NCBI RefSeq assembly: GCF_000737315.1 | Contig: NZ_JMCB01000003.1 | Coordinates: 1,116,001 to 1,180,000 of the forward strand | DNA: 64,000 bases | Source: Hyalangium minutum | GTDB lineage: Bacteria; Myxococcota; Myxococcia; Myxococcales; Myxococcaceae | Reading direction: 5' to 3' | Shown: positions 46,208 to 56,240 of the stretch, in pieces | Position numbering within the stretch: position 1 is the stretch's first letter | How the letters are laid out: each line of letters starts with the position of its first letter | The notes under the pieces: generated by a model | Told to the model about the DNA's origin: nothing | The model's input: only the letters and a program-made list of their open reading frames with translations | Database searches by the model: none | Translations under genes and position numbers: made by a program

Positions 46208-47337
46208 GCTTCCTCCTGCGTTGGCTGTTGGTGCTGTCGGTGTTTCTGGGTGCCTCCCGGGCTGTGGCCCAGGAGGCGCCTCCGAGCGCACATGGCCAGG
46301 GAGAGCCCGCCCTGGTCCCCACCCCGCGGCCTGCGCTGGTGAAGGGCGATGTGAGCACCCCGCGCTTCCGTATCCTCTATACGGAGAAGTCCGAGGGCGT
46401 GGCCCGGAAGCTCGCCGGTGAGGTTGAGTCCGTGCGCGACGCGTTCGTCCGGGTGCTCGGGAAGGACTGGCAGGGGATCACGGAGATCCGGGTCGGCGTG
46501 AACCGGGCGGAGTACGAGGCGCTGGCGCTGCCTGGGGGCGCACCGCCCAAGTGGGCCGTGGCGCTCGCCTATCCGAGCCACAGCATCATCCTGCTGAACG
46601 CGCTCAGCCTGAGCGAGCCGGAGGGCTATGTCACCCTGAGGCACGAGCTGGCCCACGTGGCGCTGGGGCAGTTCTCGGACACCTGGCCCCGCTGGTTCCA
46701 GGAGGGAATGGCGCAGCACCTGACGGGCGAGCGCGTCAACGTCACCCACTACGCGGCGCTGTTCCGGGCGGTGACGCAGGAGAAGGTGTTCCACTTCGAG
46801 GATCTCTCCGTGGAGTGGCCGGACATGCCCTCGGATGTGGAGGTGGCGTACGCGCAGAGCGCGGACTTCGTGGCGTGGCTGGCCGGGCACCATGGCCCGA
46901 AGGCGATGGAGCAGTTGCTGGAGCTGGTGTCGAAGCACGAGCCGTTCGAGCAGGCCTTCGGCAAGGCGTTCCGGTCGTCCCTGTCCGTGGAAGAGGGGAC
47001 CTGGCGCGAGGGGCTGGCCACGCGCTTCGGGTGGCTGCCGCTGACCACGAGCATGCAGCTGGTGTGGCTGTTGGCTCCGGCGATCTGCGTGGTGGCCTAT
47101 GCCCGCCGCCGCAGTCAACTGGCCGCCCGCCTGGAGGCCATGTCCGCCGAGGAGGCCGCCGAGGACGCCGCGCTCCGTGTGCTGGCCGCCGAGGCCGCGC
47201 AGCAGGGCCTCCCTCCTCCGCCGGAGACCCTCCCTGATTGGGTGGAGCCGCCGCCGCCGCCGCCGGAGGAGCCCCGGGAAGCCGCGGAGGGCGAGAACCC
47301 TCACGATCCGCGGACCTCCAAGCCCACGCTCCACTGA
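46204..47337 (+). CDS. Peptidase MA-like metallohydrolase with signal peptide and C-terminal TM
   Basis: RHELAH (HExxH), WFQEG and YAQS motifs. GTGA overlap. Confidence 0.85.
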   Translation: MSFLLRWLLVLSVFLGASRAVAQEAPPSAHGQGEPALVPTPRPALVKGDVSTPRFRILYTEKSEGVARKLAGEVESVRDAFVRVLGKDWQGITEIRVGVNRAEYEALALPGGAPPKWAVALAYPSHSIILLNALSLSEPEGYVTLRHELAHVALGQFSDTWPRWFQEGMAQHLTGERVNVTHYAALFRAVTQEKVFHFEDLSVEWPDMPSDVEVAYAQSADFVAWLAGHHGPKAMEQLLELVSKHEPFEQAFGKAFRSSLSVEEGTWREGLATRFGWLPLTTSMQLVWLLAPAICVVAYARRRSQLAARLEAMSAEEAAEDAALRVLAAEAAQQGLPPPPETLPDWVEPPPPPPEEPREAAEGENPHDPRTSKPTLH

Positions 47338-47343
47338 GGCGCC

Positions 47344-49341
47344 CTACCCGCTCACCCTGCTCGCGAGCGAGGCCAGCACCGCCAGCAGCTCGATGGGTTC
47401 CACGGGCTTGGGCACATGGCTCTGAAAGCCCGCGAGCAGCGCGCGCGTCCTGTCCTCCACCCGCGCGTAGGCCGTCAGCGCTACCGCAGGCAGCCGGCCG
47501 GAGCTCCCCATGGGCAACGCCCGCACCTTGCGAATGAAGGTGTACCCATCCTCGCGCGGCATACCAATGTCCGAGACCAGCAGGTCCTGCGGCTCCTCCT
47601 GCAGGACGCGCAGCCCCTCTTGCGCGGAGGAGGCGGTGCGGACCACGGCCTTGCAGCCCTCGAGCATCGCGCGGAGCATCTCGCGCGCGTCGGCTTCGTC
47701 ATCGACCACGAGGATGCGCAGGCCTGTCAGCTCCGGTGGACACGTAAGCCCGGCCCTCTCCGCCACTTCTTGGAGGGCGGGCGGCACATAGGCTTCTCGC
47801 GACCGAGCCACCGCCAGCGGCAGGCGCACGACAAAGACGGCCCCCTTCCCCTCTCCCTCGCTGGTCACACTCACGGAGCCCCCGTGCGCCTCCACGAGAT
47901 GCTTCACGATGGAGAGCCCTAGCCCCAGGCCGCCCTCCTGGCGTGTCGTGCCACCGTCCTCCTGCCGGAAGCGCTCGAACACATGCGGCAGAAAGTGTTT
48001 CGGGATGCCCCGGCCCGTGTCCGCCACCGTCACCTCCACGGACGAGTCGCGGCGCTCCAGGAGCACCTGCACCCGGCCTCTCTTGGGCGTGAACTTCACG
48101 GCGTTGGACAGCAGGTTCCACACCACCTGTTGCAACCGCGTGGCATCTCCCATCACCCCGCTCGTGGAGTCGAGCGCGGCTTGGAGACGGATGTCCCGGG
48201 CCTCGGCCGCGGGGCGCACCGTCTCCAGCGCCTGCTCCACCACGCTCCGGAGCTCGACGAATGACACCTCCAGCTTGAGCTTGCCCGCGAGGATGCGGCT
48301 GACGTCGAGCAGATCTTCGATGAGCTGCGCCTGGGTGCGCGCATTGCGCTCCACCGTCGCCAGCGCCCGCTCCCGTTTCTCCTCGGACAGGTTGCCTGTA
48401 CGCAGGATCTGCACCCAGCCCAGAATGGCGGCCAGGGGCGTCCTCAGCTCGTGCGAGACGGTGGCGAGGAACTCATCCTTCAGGCGGTTGGCCTCCTCTG
48501 CCTGGGAGCGCGCCGCCTGCTCGCGGCGGAGCAACTGCTCGCGCTGCTCCTCGGCCTGCTTGCGGGCCTCGATGTCGATGACGCTCCCGATGTACCCCAG
48601 GAACTCTCCATTCGGCCCGAACCGAGGGCTCGCCGCGTCAATGGCCCAGTGGTACGCGCCGTCCTTGTCTCGCAGGCGGTACTCGATCCGGAACGGCTTG
48701 TGCTCGCGGTTGGCGGCCAGGAAGACGGCCTCCGAATGCGGCGCATCCTCCGGGTGGATGGCCTGCAGCCACCCCACCCCCAGGCCCGTCGCCTCTGTCT
48801 GGCCGGTGAAGTCGTACCACTGCTGGTTGAGGTAGGTGCACTGGGCTTGGGTATCGGTCACCCAGAGCATGACGGGCGCGTGGTCCGCCATGTTCCGGAA
48901 GCGGGCCTCGCTCTCCTGCAGCTTCGCCTCCGCCACCTTGCGCTCGGTGATGTTCTTGAACACGAGCGCCACCTGCCGCAGCTCGGGCGCGCCCACGCGG
49001 TTGGCGTACACCTCGAACCAGCGCCCCATCGCCGGCGCATGGTTCTCGAAGCGCAGGGCCTCGCCCGTCAGGGCCACCTTCCCATAGAGAAGGAACCAGG
49101 ACTCATCCAAGTGGGGGACCATCTCGCGGGCCGTCTTGCCCACGGCGTTCCTCAGCCCCGTGTGCTCCTCGAACGCGGCGTTCGTCTCCAGGAAGCGGTA
49201 GTCAACGGGCCGGTTCGACCGGTCAAAGAGCAGCTGCAAGAGGCAGAAGCCATCATCAATGGACTCGAAGAGCGCGCGGTAGCGCTCTTCCGTGACCCGC
49301 CGCTCCTGCTTCTGCTCGACAGGCTCTGGTGGATCGCTCAC
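47344..49341 (-). CDS. Hybrid kinase PAS-PAS-HisKA-HATPase-REC
   Basis: Two PAS domains, VSHELRTPL, GLGLGL and LVSDIGMP receiver. Confidence 0.93.
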   Translation of the reverse strand: MSDPPEPVEQKQERRVTEERYRALFESIDDGFCLLQLLFDRSNRPVDYRFLETNAAFEEHTGLRNAVGKTAREMVPHLDESWFLLYGKVALTGEALRFENHAPAMGRWFEVYANRVGAPELRQVALVFKNITERKVAEAKLQESEARFRNMADHAPVMLWVTDTQAQCTYLNQQWYDFTGQTEATGLGVGWLQAIHPEDAPHSEAVFLAANREHKPFRIEYRLRDKDGAYHWAIDAASPRFGPNGEFLGYIGSVIDIEARKQAEEQREQLLRREQAARSQAEEANRLKDEFLATVSHELRTPLAAILGWVQILRTGNLSEEKRERALATVERNARTQAQLIEDLLDVSRILAGKLKLEVSFVELRSVVEQALETVRPAAEARDIRLQAALDSTSGVMGDATRLQQVVWNLLSNAVKFTPKRGRVQVLLERRDSSVEVTVADTGRGIPKHFLPHVFERFRQEDGGTTRQEGGLGLGLSIVKHLVEAHGGSVSVTSEGEGKGAVFVVRLPLAVARSREAYVPPALQEVAERAGLTCPPELTGLRILVVDDEADAREMLRAMLEGCKAVVRTASSAQEGLRVLQEEPQDLLVSDIGMPREDGYTFIRKVRALPMGSSGRLPAVALTAYARVEDRTRALLAGFQSHVPKPVEPIELLAVLASLASRVSG

Positions 49342-49784
49342 GGAGTCTTCTCCTCCGGCAGCAGCACCAGGGCCAACCAGTAGGCCATCATCTTCTCCGC
49401 CGTGTGCTGCAGCGCGTCGGCGTCCCGAGGCTTGGGCACGAACGAGCTCGCCCCTTCCTGGTACATGGACTGGACGTTGCGCGGATCCGTCGCTCCCGAG
49501 AACGCAATCACGGGGATGGACTTCAGCCGCTCCTCGCGCTTGATGGCCTCGAGCACCTCATCCCCGCTCATGTCCGGCAGGTGGTAGTCGAGCAGGATGA
49601 ACGCAGGCCGCGGCGCCTCCGCCTTCTCCGAGTGCTTGCCGCGCAAATGCAGGTAGTCCAGCGCGCAGGCCCCCGTGGTGCACCGCTTGATCTCCAGCGG
49701 CAGCCTCAGCATCTTCACCACCCGGTGGAGCGCCTCGGCATCCGCGTTGTTGTCCTCGACCAGCAAAATGGGCAGCACGTCCAT
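49338..49784 (-). CDS. Single-domain response regulator (phytochrome Rcp1/BphR-like)
   Basis: ILLVED, ILLDYHLP and FVPKP motifs. Coupled to the upstream bphP stop. Confidence 0.9.
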   Translation of the reverse strand: MDVLPILLVEDNNADAEALHRVVKMLRLPLEIKRCTTGACALDYLHLRGKHSEKAEAPRPAFILLDYHLPDMSGDEVLEAIKREERLKSIPVIAFSGATDPRNVQSMYQEGASSFVPKPRDADALQHTAEKMMAYWLALVLLPEEKTP

Positions 49785-52042
49785 CACACACCTCCAGCAC
49801 TCGGGCCCAGGGTGAAAAAGAAAGTGGTTCCCTCGCCCGGCGTGGACTCCAGCCACACCTGCCCGCCGTGGCGCTCGATCACCTGCTGCACGATGGCCAG
49901 GCCCACGCCCGAGCCTCCGCCATATGCCTCTTCCGCGTGCAACCGGCGGAACATCTCGAAGACGGCCTTGTGGTGCTTGGCTGGGATGCCAATGCCGTTG
50001 TCTCTCACGTACAGCGCGAAGCCCGCCTCGGCCTTGCCCGAAGGCACCACCGAGTCCGTGAAGCCGATCTCCACCCAGCGCTCAGGCTTGTCGTTGTACT
50101 TGGCCGCGTTGGAGATCAGGTTCGCCAGCACCTCGCGGATGCGAAGCAAGTCGCAGCGCACCGTGGGCAGCCGCCGGGGAATCCGCACCTCGGTCTTCGT
50201 CTCCTCCAGGCGGCCCCGCAGGGTCGTGACGACGTCCTCCACCAGCTCCTGCAGATCCGTCTCCTTCACCGACAACTGGATGCGGCCCATCCGCGAGTAG
50301 TGGAACAGGCCCTCGAGCAGCTCCACCATCCGCACGCCCAGCTTTTGGATGAAGGACAGGCGCTCGCGCGTCTCGGGATCCAGGCGGTCCCCGGCGTCCT
50401 CGATGATGAAGCGGGTGTAGAGCTGGATGCCACGCAGCGGCTCCTTCAGATCGTGGCTCGCGATGTACGTGAAGGCGTCCAGCTCCTCGTTGCTGCGCGC
50501 GAGCTCCGCGTTGAGCCGGGCCAGCTCCGACGCCTTGCGCAGCACGACGCCCACCATGGCGCCGCGGAACTCCTGCGCGGCCACCACCTCCTCCGATTTC
50601 CACCGGAGGGCCGTGTGGTGCACCGTCTCCTGCCACGCCGCGAAGGACTTGCGTGGACTCAGCCGCACCCCCTCCTCCACCGGCTTGTGCGGGTTCCCCG
50701 CCCACGTGATGCTCTGGAGCACCTCGGGACGGAACCAGAGCACCCACTGCGTGGCCGGCGTGGACAGCGGCACGGCGAGCAGGCCGCTCGCCACCTCCGC
50801 GAAGGCGGCCGCGGGCGGGTAGGTGCCCGGCAGCGAGTCCGTCTGGAACAGGCTCTCCCCCGCCACCTGGCCCAGCCAGTTCACCAGCTCCTGCGTCTGC
50901 GCCTCCGAAGGCGTGCGCCCCACCGAGGCCCGTCCCTGCTCCAACCAGACCGTGGCACCGCTCGCGGACACGACGTCCAGCAGGCTCGGGGTGCCGGAGC
51001 TCAGCCCCTCCAGGAAGCGCTCCTCCCGGCTCATGCGCTGAACGAGCTGGGCCTGGATGGCGCCATGGCGCGCCTGGGCCTCCGCGTGCGCGCGCTGGGC
51101 TCGGGCGGAGACCTCTCCCGAGAGCAGCTGCCCGATGAACTCGCACGCGGCGCGCTCCTCATAGGAGAGCCACCGGGCCGCCAGGTGGTGACAGGCGATC
51201 AGCCCCCACAGGCGCTCGCCCTGCATGATGGAGATGGACATGGAGGCGTTCACCTCCATGTTGCGCAGGTACTCCAGGTGGACCGGCGACACGCTGCGCA
51301 GGGTGGCGAAGGACAGATCGAGCGGCTTGTCCGGCACCGCCCCCCGTGCGGCGACGAGCGGCACCGCGGGCGCCCGGACGTTGGGGATGAGGCGCAGCCA
51401 GTTCTGCTCGTACAGCCGGCGCGCCTGGGCAGGAATATCCGAGGCCGGGAAGTGCAGCCCGAGGAAGCTGTCGACGCCCTCGCGCACGGCCTCGCCGATG
51501 ACTTCCCCGTGCCAGTCCGCGTCGAAGCGGTAGACCATCACCCGATCGAAGCCCGTGACGCACCGGATCTCCTCGGCCGCGGCCCCGCAGAGCTGCTCCA
51601 AGGTGGCGGCGTTCAAGAAGCGCGTCATGGACATCCGCACCTGAGCGAAGAGATCCAGCGCCCCCACGCCCCCCTCCGCGTCTCGCGCCTCCACCTCGAG
51701 GATGACGACCGCCTCCTGGCGGTGCAGGAGCGCATTGACCGGCCGCGCCTGGGCGCCCTCTCCCAGCGTCAGCCGCACGGGGTTGGCGGTGCGCAGCTCG
51801 ACTTGGCCCAGCGCGGCCTGGACACGGGCCCAGGCCTCTCCCGGCAGCACAGCGGACAGCGGCCTCCCCAGCACCTGCACCGCCTCCTGGCCAAACCACT
51901 CGGCCGTGTTGGCGCTGGCCTGAACCACCGTGAAGTCCGGTCCTCGCAACGCCAGCAGCGCCCCGTGGGCCTGGATGGTGCCTGGAAGATGGATGGGCTC
52001 CCGATCACACGCGCTGAGATCGACGGAGGCAGAGACGTTCAT
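49784..52042 (-). CDS. bphP: Bacteriophytochrome histidine kinase 2 (canonical)
   Basis: DLSACDREPIH, FPASDIP, LRSVSPVHLEYL, IACHH, LSPRKSF and IASHDLKEPL. Confidence 0.95.
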   Translation of the reverse strand: MNVSASVDLSACDREPIHLPGTIQAHGALLALRGPDFTVVQASANTAEWFGQEAVQVLGRPLSAVLPGEAWARVQAALGQVELRTANPVRLTLGEGAQARPVNALLHRQEAVVILEVEARDAEGGVGALDLFAQVRMSMTRFLNAATLEQLCGAAAEEIRCVTGFDRVMVYRFDADWHGEVIGEAVREGVDSFLGLHFPASDIPAQARRLYEQNWLRLIPNVRAPAVPLVAARGAVPDKPLDLSFATLRSVSPVHLEYLRNMEVNASMSISIMQGERLWGLIACHHLAARWLSYEERAACEFIGQLLSGEVSARAQRAHAEAQARHGAIQAQLVQRMSREERFLEGLSSGTPSLLDVVSASGATVWLEQGRASVGRTPSEAQTQELVNWLGQVAGESLFQTDSLPGTYPPAAAFAEVASGLLAVPLSTPATQWVLWFRPEVLQSITWAGNPHKPVEEGVRLSPRKSFAAWQETVHHTALRWKSEEVVAAQEFRGAMVGVVLRKASELARLNAELARSNEELDAFTYIASHDLKEPLRGIQLYTRFIIEDAGDRLDPETRERLSFIQKLGVRMVELLEGLFHYSRMGRIQLSVKETDLQELVEDVVTTLRGRLEETKTEVRIPRRLPTVRCDLLRIREVLANLISNAAKYNDKPERWVEIGFTDSVVPSGKAEAGFALYVRDNGIGIPAKHHKAVFEMFRRLHAEEAYGGGSGVGLAIVQQVIERHGGQVWLESTPGEGTTFFFTLGPSAGGV

Positions 52043-53526
52043 GGAGACCCCTCGGCAGCAGCCAGGCTCGCGCAAGGCGGAGCGTGCCGCGGCAAGCGCA
52101 CCTCGAACCGGGTGCCCTCTTCCTCGGTGGAGGACACCTCGATGTGGCCGCCGTGGGCACGAACAATCTCGTGCACGATGTAGAGGCCCAGACCCAGGCC
52201 TTGCGAGAGCCCGCGATCCCGGTGCCCCTCACCCCGGCGAAATGGATCAAAGAGATGGGGCAGTAAGTCCCCGGGGATGGGAGGACCGTCGTTGTGAACC
52301 GTGAGGAACACTCCGTCCGGCGTGCCCCGGAGCCATACCTCGACGGGACCACCGGGCGTCCCGTACTTGAGCGCATTGCCCATCAGGTTCTGCACCACCT
52401 GGGTGAGCCGGCCGGGATCCCACGCCCCGTAGCCATCCCCGTCCATGCGCACCCGGACGCGCCCGCCTCCGTGGTGAACCAGTTCCACCTCTTCGCTCAC
52501 CTCTCGCACGAGCGCAAAGAGATCGAAGTGCTGGCACTGCACCGGAATGCCCCCACCGAGCCGGCTGCGGGTCAGATCGAGCAGGTCTCGGATGAGGCGC
52601 TCCATCCGCTCGGCCGCCACCGTGATGCGCGTGGCTCCTCGGCTCACCGCCTCGGGCTGCTGAGTCCGGTGCAGCACCCGGGCCTGCAGGAGAATCGCCT
52701 GCAGCGGCCCTCGCAGATCGTGCCCCACCACCCCCAAGAGGCGCTCTCGGAACTCCTCCGTCCGCCGCCGCTCCGTGGCGTCCCGCACCACCAGCGCGTA
52801 GCCCCGCAGGCCCCCCTCCTCATGGTGCAGGGCGCTCATCGTCATGTCCGCCCAGAAACGGCTGCCGTCCTTGCGCTGACACCAGCGCTCGCCGGTGAAG
52901 TGCCCCTTCTGAGCCGCCTCGGCCAGCTCTCCCCGGGGATGCTCCTCCTCCTCGGGGGCGAGCAGCAGGCGGAAAGGCTGCCCCAGCGCCTCGGGCTCGC
53001 TGTAGCCCGTGACGGCCTGCGCCCCCGCATTCCACGAGGAGATGCGCCTCTCCGCGTCCACGAAGAAGATGGCATGACCCTTCACGCCCTCGATGACGAG
53101 CCGGAGCGTCTCCCGTGACTCCAGCAGGGCGCGGCGCTGGCGCCCTCGCTCCAGGGCGAAGCGGACGGTGCGCGGCAGTTGCTCGTACGCATCGAGCGTC
53201 TTGGGCAGGTACTCCTCGAGCCCCTCGGGCACCGCCTCCAGGACCGTCTCCTCGCGGGTGGTTCCCGTCAGCATGATGACGGGGATGCCCGGGAGCCGCA
53301 GGTGAATCCTGCGCAGCAGCTCGAGGCCATCCGCCCAGGGCAGGTTGTAGTCCAAGAGGGCCAGATCGAACCCGCCCTCATCGAGCGCCCGCTCCCACTC
53401 CTCCGCCGTCGCCACCTCGAGGATCACCACGCCCTGGAAAGCACGCCGCAGGGTGCGCGCCGCCATGAGTCGGTCCGCCGCGCTGTCGTCGACCACGAGG
53501 ACACGCAAGGGAGTCGGAGCGCTCAA
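52039..53526 (-). CDS. Hybrid kinase REC-PAS-HisKA-HATPase
   Basis: TTG start overlapping the upstream TGA (TTGA). VLVVDD, ALLDYNLP and VGHDLRGPL. Confidence 0.9.
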   Translation of the reverse strand: MSAPTPLRVLVVDDSAADRLMAARTLRRAFQGVVILEVATAEEWERALDEGGFDLALLDYNLPWADGLELLRRIHLRLPGIPVIMLTGTTREETVLEAVPEGLEEYLPKTLDAYEQLPRTVRFALERGRQRRALLESRETLRLVIEGVKGHAIFFVDAERRISSWNAGAQAVTGYSEPEALGQPFRLLLAPEEEEHPRGELAEAAQKGHFTGERWCQRKDGSRFWADMTMSALHHEEGGLRGYALVVRDATERRRTEEFRERLLGVVGHDLRGPLQAILLQARVLHRTQQPEAVSRGATRITVAAERMERLIRDLLDLTRSRLGGGIPVQCQHFDLFALVREVSEEVELVHHGGGRVRVRMDGDGYGAWDPGRLTQVVQNLMGNALKYGTPGGPVEVWLRGTPDGVFLTVHNDGPPIPGDLLPHLFDPFRRGEGHRDRGLSQGLGLGLYIVHEIVRAHGGHIEVSSTEEEGTRFEVRLPRHAPPCASLAAAEGSP

Positions 53527-55115
53527 CGCGAACCTCCCTCGGGAGAGCCCGCCGGCGCCTCGCGCGGCAGTTCGACGATGAAGGTGGCCCCATGCTCTGG
53601 CTGGCTCTCCACCGAGATGCGGCCGCCCAGAGCCTCCACCACCTGACGGGTGATGAAGAGGCCCAGGCCCATGCCGCCGTAGTGCCGTTCGGACACGCCC
53701 CGCTCGAACTTCTCGAAGACGCGCGGGAGGAACGTCGGTTCGATGCCAATCCCCTTGTCCCGCACCACCAGCCGCGCCCCCTCCTGAGTCTCCTCCACCC
53801 GCAGAGAGACCGTCCGGCCCGCACCGAACTTGAGTGCGTTGGACAGGAGGTTCGTCACCACCTGCTCCAGCCGCAGCACATCCCACCGGCCCACGACGCG
53901 CGCTGGGGCGTCGATCTCCATCGGGCAACCCGCCGCGAGCGCCTGCGCCTCGAAGCCCAAGGCCACATCCCTCACCACCGCCGCCAGGTTGACGTCCCGC
54001 TCATGCCGCAGCGGCAGGCGGCCGCTGGAGATGCGGGTGGTATCCAGCAGGCTGTCCACGAGGGCCGCGAGGCGCCGCAGCTGGCCGTCCGCCGCATCCA
54101 GGTGCCGCTTCAACCGCTCCGCCGTCTCCGGTGTCAGTGCCCCCTTCAGCTCCTTGCGAATGAGCTGCTGGCGCAAGGCCAGCGGCGTGAGCGGCGTCTT
54201 GAGCTCGTGCGCGGCCACCGAGAGGAACTCCTCGCGCAGGCGGACCGCCTCGCGCAGCTCCGCCTCGGTGCGCTTGAGCGCGGACATGTCGATGCTGGCG
54301 CCCACCCACTCGCGCACCCTCCCGTCCGGCTCGAAGAGCGGCATCCCCCGGACGCTGAAGGGCACGTACACCCCATCCTTGCGCCGCAGCCGGTACTCCG
54401 CGCGGTACGCCGTGCGCTGGGCAATGGCCTGCTCCCAGATCGCCAGGCTGCGCTCCCGATCCTCGGGGTGAATGGCGTCCATCCACCCAAAGCCATGGTG
54501 CTCGGCCTCGCTCTGGCCGGTGAACTCGCGCCACGCGGGCGAGTCCTCGGTGGCCCGGCCCTGGGCATCCTTCGTCCACACCAGCGTGGCCGTGGCCTCC
54601 ACCAGCGAGCGGTAACGATCCGCCTGCCGCCGCTCCGCCTCCAACGCCTCGCGCGCCCGCAGCTCCAGCGCCTGCTTCTCGCGCCGCAGGCTGTCCAGCT
54701 CGCGGTGCATGAGCACGAGCGTGCTCACCTTGGCGCGCAGGGCCTCCGGCTCCAGGGGCTTGTGCAGGTAGTCCACCGCGCCACTCGCGTACGCGCGGAC
54801 GACGGGCGCCTCCTCCCGAGTTGCGCCCGTGAGGAAGATGATGGGAATGCGCCGCTCCGGCTCGCGCTCCTGGATGAGGTGCGCCGTCTCGAAGCCATCC
54901 AGCCCTGGCAGCCGCACATCCATGAGGATGACGGCAAACTCCGTCTCCTTCAGGTGAGAGAGCGCCTCCTCGCCCGAGGAGACCTTCGTCAGGCGCTGTC
55001 CCAGCGGCACCAGCGCCCGCTCCAGCGCCAGCATGTCCGCCACCTGATCTTCCACCAGGAGGAGGTCGACGGGCCGTACAGCGTCCGGCGCAGCTTGGAT
55101 GGACAATTGGCTCAT
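53523..55115 (-). CDS. Hybrid kinase REC-PAS-HisKA-HATPase
   Basis: LLLVED, ILMDVRLP, IHPED, AAHELKTPL and GGMGLGL. Confidence 0.93.
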   Translation of the reverse strand: MSQLSIQAAPDAVRPVDLLLVEDQVADMLALERALVPLGQRLTKVSSGEEALSHLKETEFAVILMDVRLPGLDGFETAHLIQEREPERRIPIIFLTGATREEAPVVRAYASGAVDYLHKPLEPEALRAKVSTLVLMHRELDSLRREKQALELRAREALEAERRQADRYRSLVEATATLVWTKDAQGRATEDSPAWREFTGQSEAEHHGFGWMDAIHPEDRERSLAIWEQAIAQRTAYRAEYRLRRKDGVYVPFSVRGMPLFEPDGRVREWVGASIDMSALKRTEAELREAVRLREEFLSVAAHELKTPLTPLALRQQLIRKELKGALTPETAERLKRHLDAADGQLRRLAALVDSLLDTTRISSGRLPLRHERDVNLAAVVRDVALGFEAQALAAGCPMEIDAPARVVGRWDVLRLEQVVTNLLSNALKFGAGRTVSLRVEETQEGARLVVRDKGIGIEPTFLPRVFEKFERGVSERHYGGMGLGLFITRQVVEALGGRISVESQPEHGATFIVELPREAPAGSPEGGSR

Positions 55116-55382
55116 GGGCTACCCTTCTCCTCGGGCATCCGCACGGACTCCGACACAACGGACACCTTGGGCATGGCCACTTCCTAGAACGCCTCCGGGT
55201 CCAGGGACTTTGTTCGTTTTCATGAGCTATCGAGGAGACAACGGTTCGCACGGCTGCCCGGTGTGGAGCACAGGCCACAGAGAGGGGGGGGAAGATGTGC
55301 CCTGAACTCGCCTGGAGCAATGCCTGAGGCGCTGGGCACGAGCCGGGTCTGGTAGGGTACCTACCTGGGAGGTCACCCGTTC

Positions 55383-56240
55383 TTGCTCTTACCTATTACC
55401 TTGGCCCTGGTGCCCTTCCTGCTCGGGGCACCCCTGGCGCAAGCCCCAGCGGCCCCGGCCCGTGAAGCGCGTCGGCGCTCTGTCTCCTGGGCCGGCCAGC
55501 CCCTGGAGGTCCGCATTGCCACAGGGGTCCGCACGGTCCTGGTCTTCGCCGCTCCTGTCCAAGGAAAGGCCGTGGAGGTGGACCGGACGCGGATCCAGGT
55601 GGTGGATACAGGCGAGCGGTCAATCATCCTCGAACCCTTGAGCGAACCCCGCCCGGGTGAACGCTGGACGTTGCGCGTCCCCTGGGCGGAGGGCAGGACA
55701 CCCGAGGCGGCCGAGTTCGCGCTGGTGGCGCACCCTTCCGAAGTGGACACGGAGCTCGACATTGCCCGGCTCCAGGTCCCAGCCCCCGCCTGTCCGGCGC
55801 AGGCCGAGTGCGCGCCGTGCTCCGCCCCGAGTGCAGCGGACGCCATCGCTTCCGGCCTCATCGACAAGGACGGCGTGCAAACCCTGGCTTTTAGACCCTT
55901 CAAGGAAGCTGCGTCCGGCTTCGAGTCGACTGCGGGGGTGTCCTATCGCGCGAGCACCTGGGTGCTGGTGGATGTGGAGATCATCCGCCCCCCTCGGCAC
56001 CTGGCATGGAGCCCTGTCGGCGCGACCCTGACGAGCAAGACCGGAGAGGTGCGAGTGCGCGCCATCAAAATAGAGCCAAACAAAACCTCACCAGAACGCG
56101 TCCGGCTGTTCGCGGAGGCGGAGGTGCCACCGCCCAGCGCGGGGCTCAAATTCACTTTGCACCTGAACGGTCCGGCGGGAGCACCTTCTTTCTCGATTCC
56201 GAGCGTGCAACTGCCACCCGCCAAGGAGGTCCAGCCATGA
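55383..56240 (+). CDS. DUF2381-family exported protein
   Basis: Signal peptide, EVRIATGVRTVLVF..EFALVAHPSEVDTELDI and C-terminal Cys cluster. Precedes a kinase pair as typical for this family. Confidence 0.8.
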   Translation: MLLPITLALVPFLLGAPLAQAPAAPAREARRRSVSWAGQPLEVRIATGVRTVLVFAAPVQGKAVEVDRTRIQVVDTGERSIILEPLSEPRPGERWTLRVPWAEGRTPEAAEFALVAHPSEVDTELDIARLQVPAPACPAQAECAPCSAPSAADAIASGLIDKDGVQTLAFRPFKEAASGFESTAGVSYRASTWVLVDVEIIRPPRHLAWSPVGATLTSKTGEVRVRAIKIEPNKTSPERVRLFAEAEVPPPSAGLKFTLHLNGPAGAPSFSIPSVQLPPAKEVQP

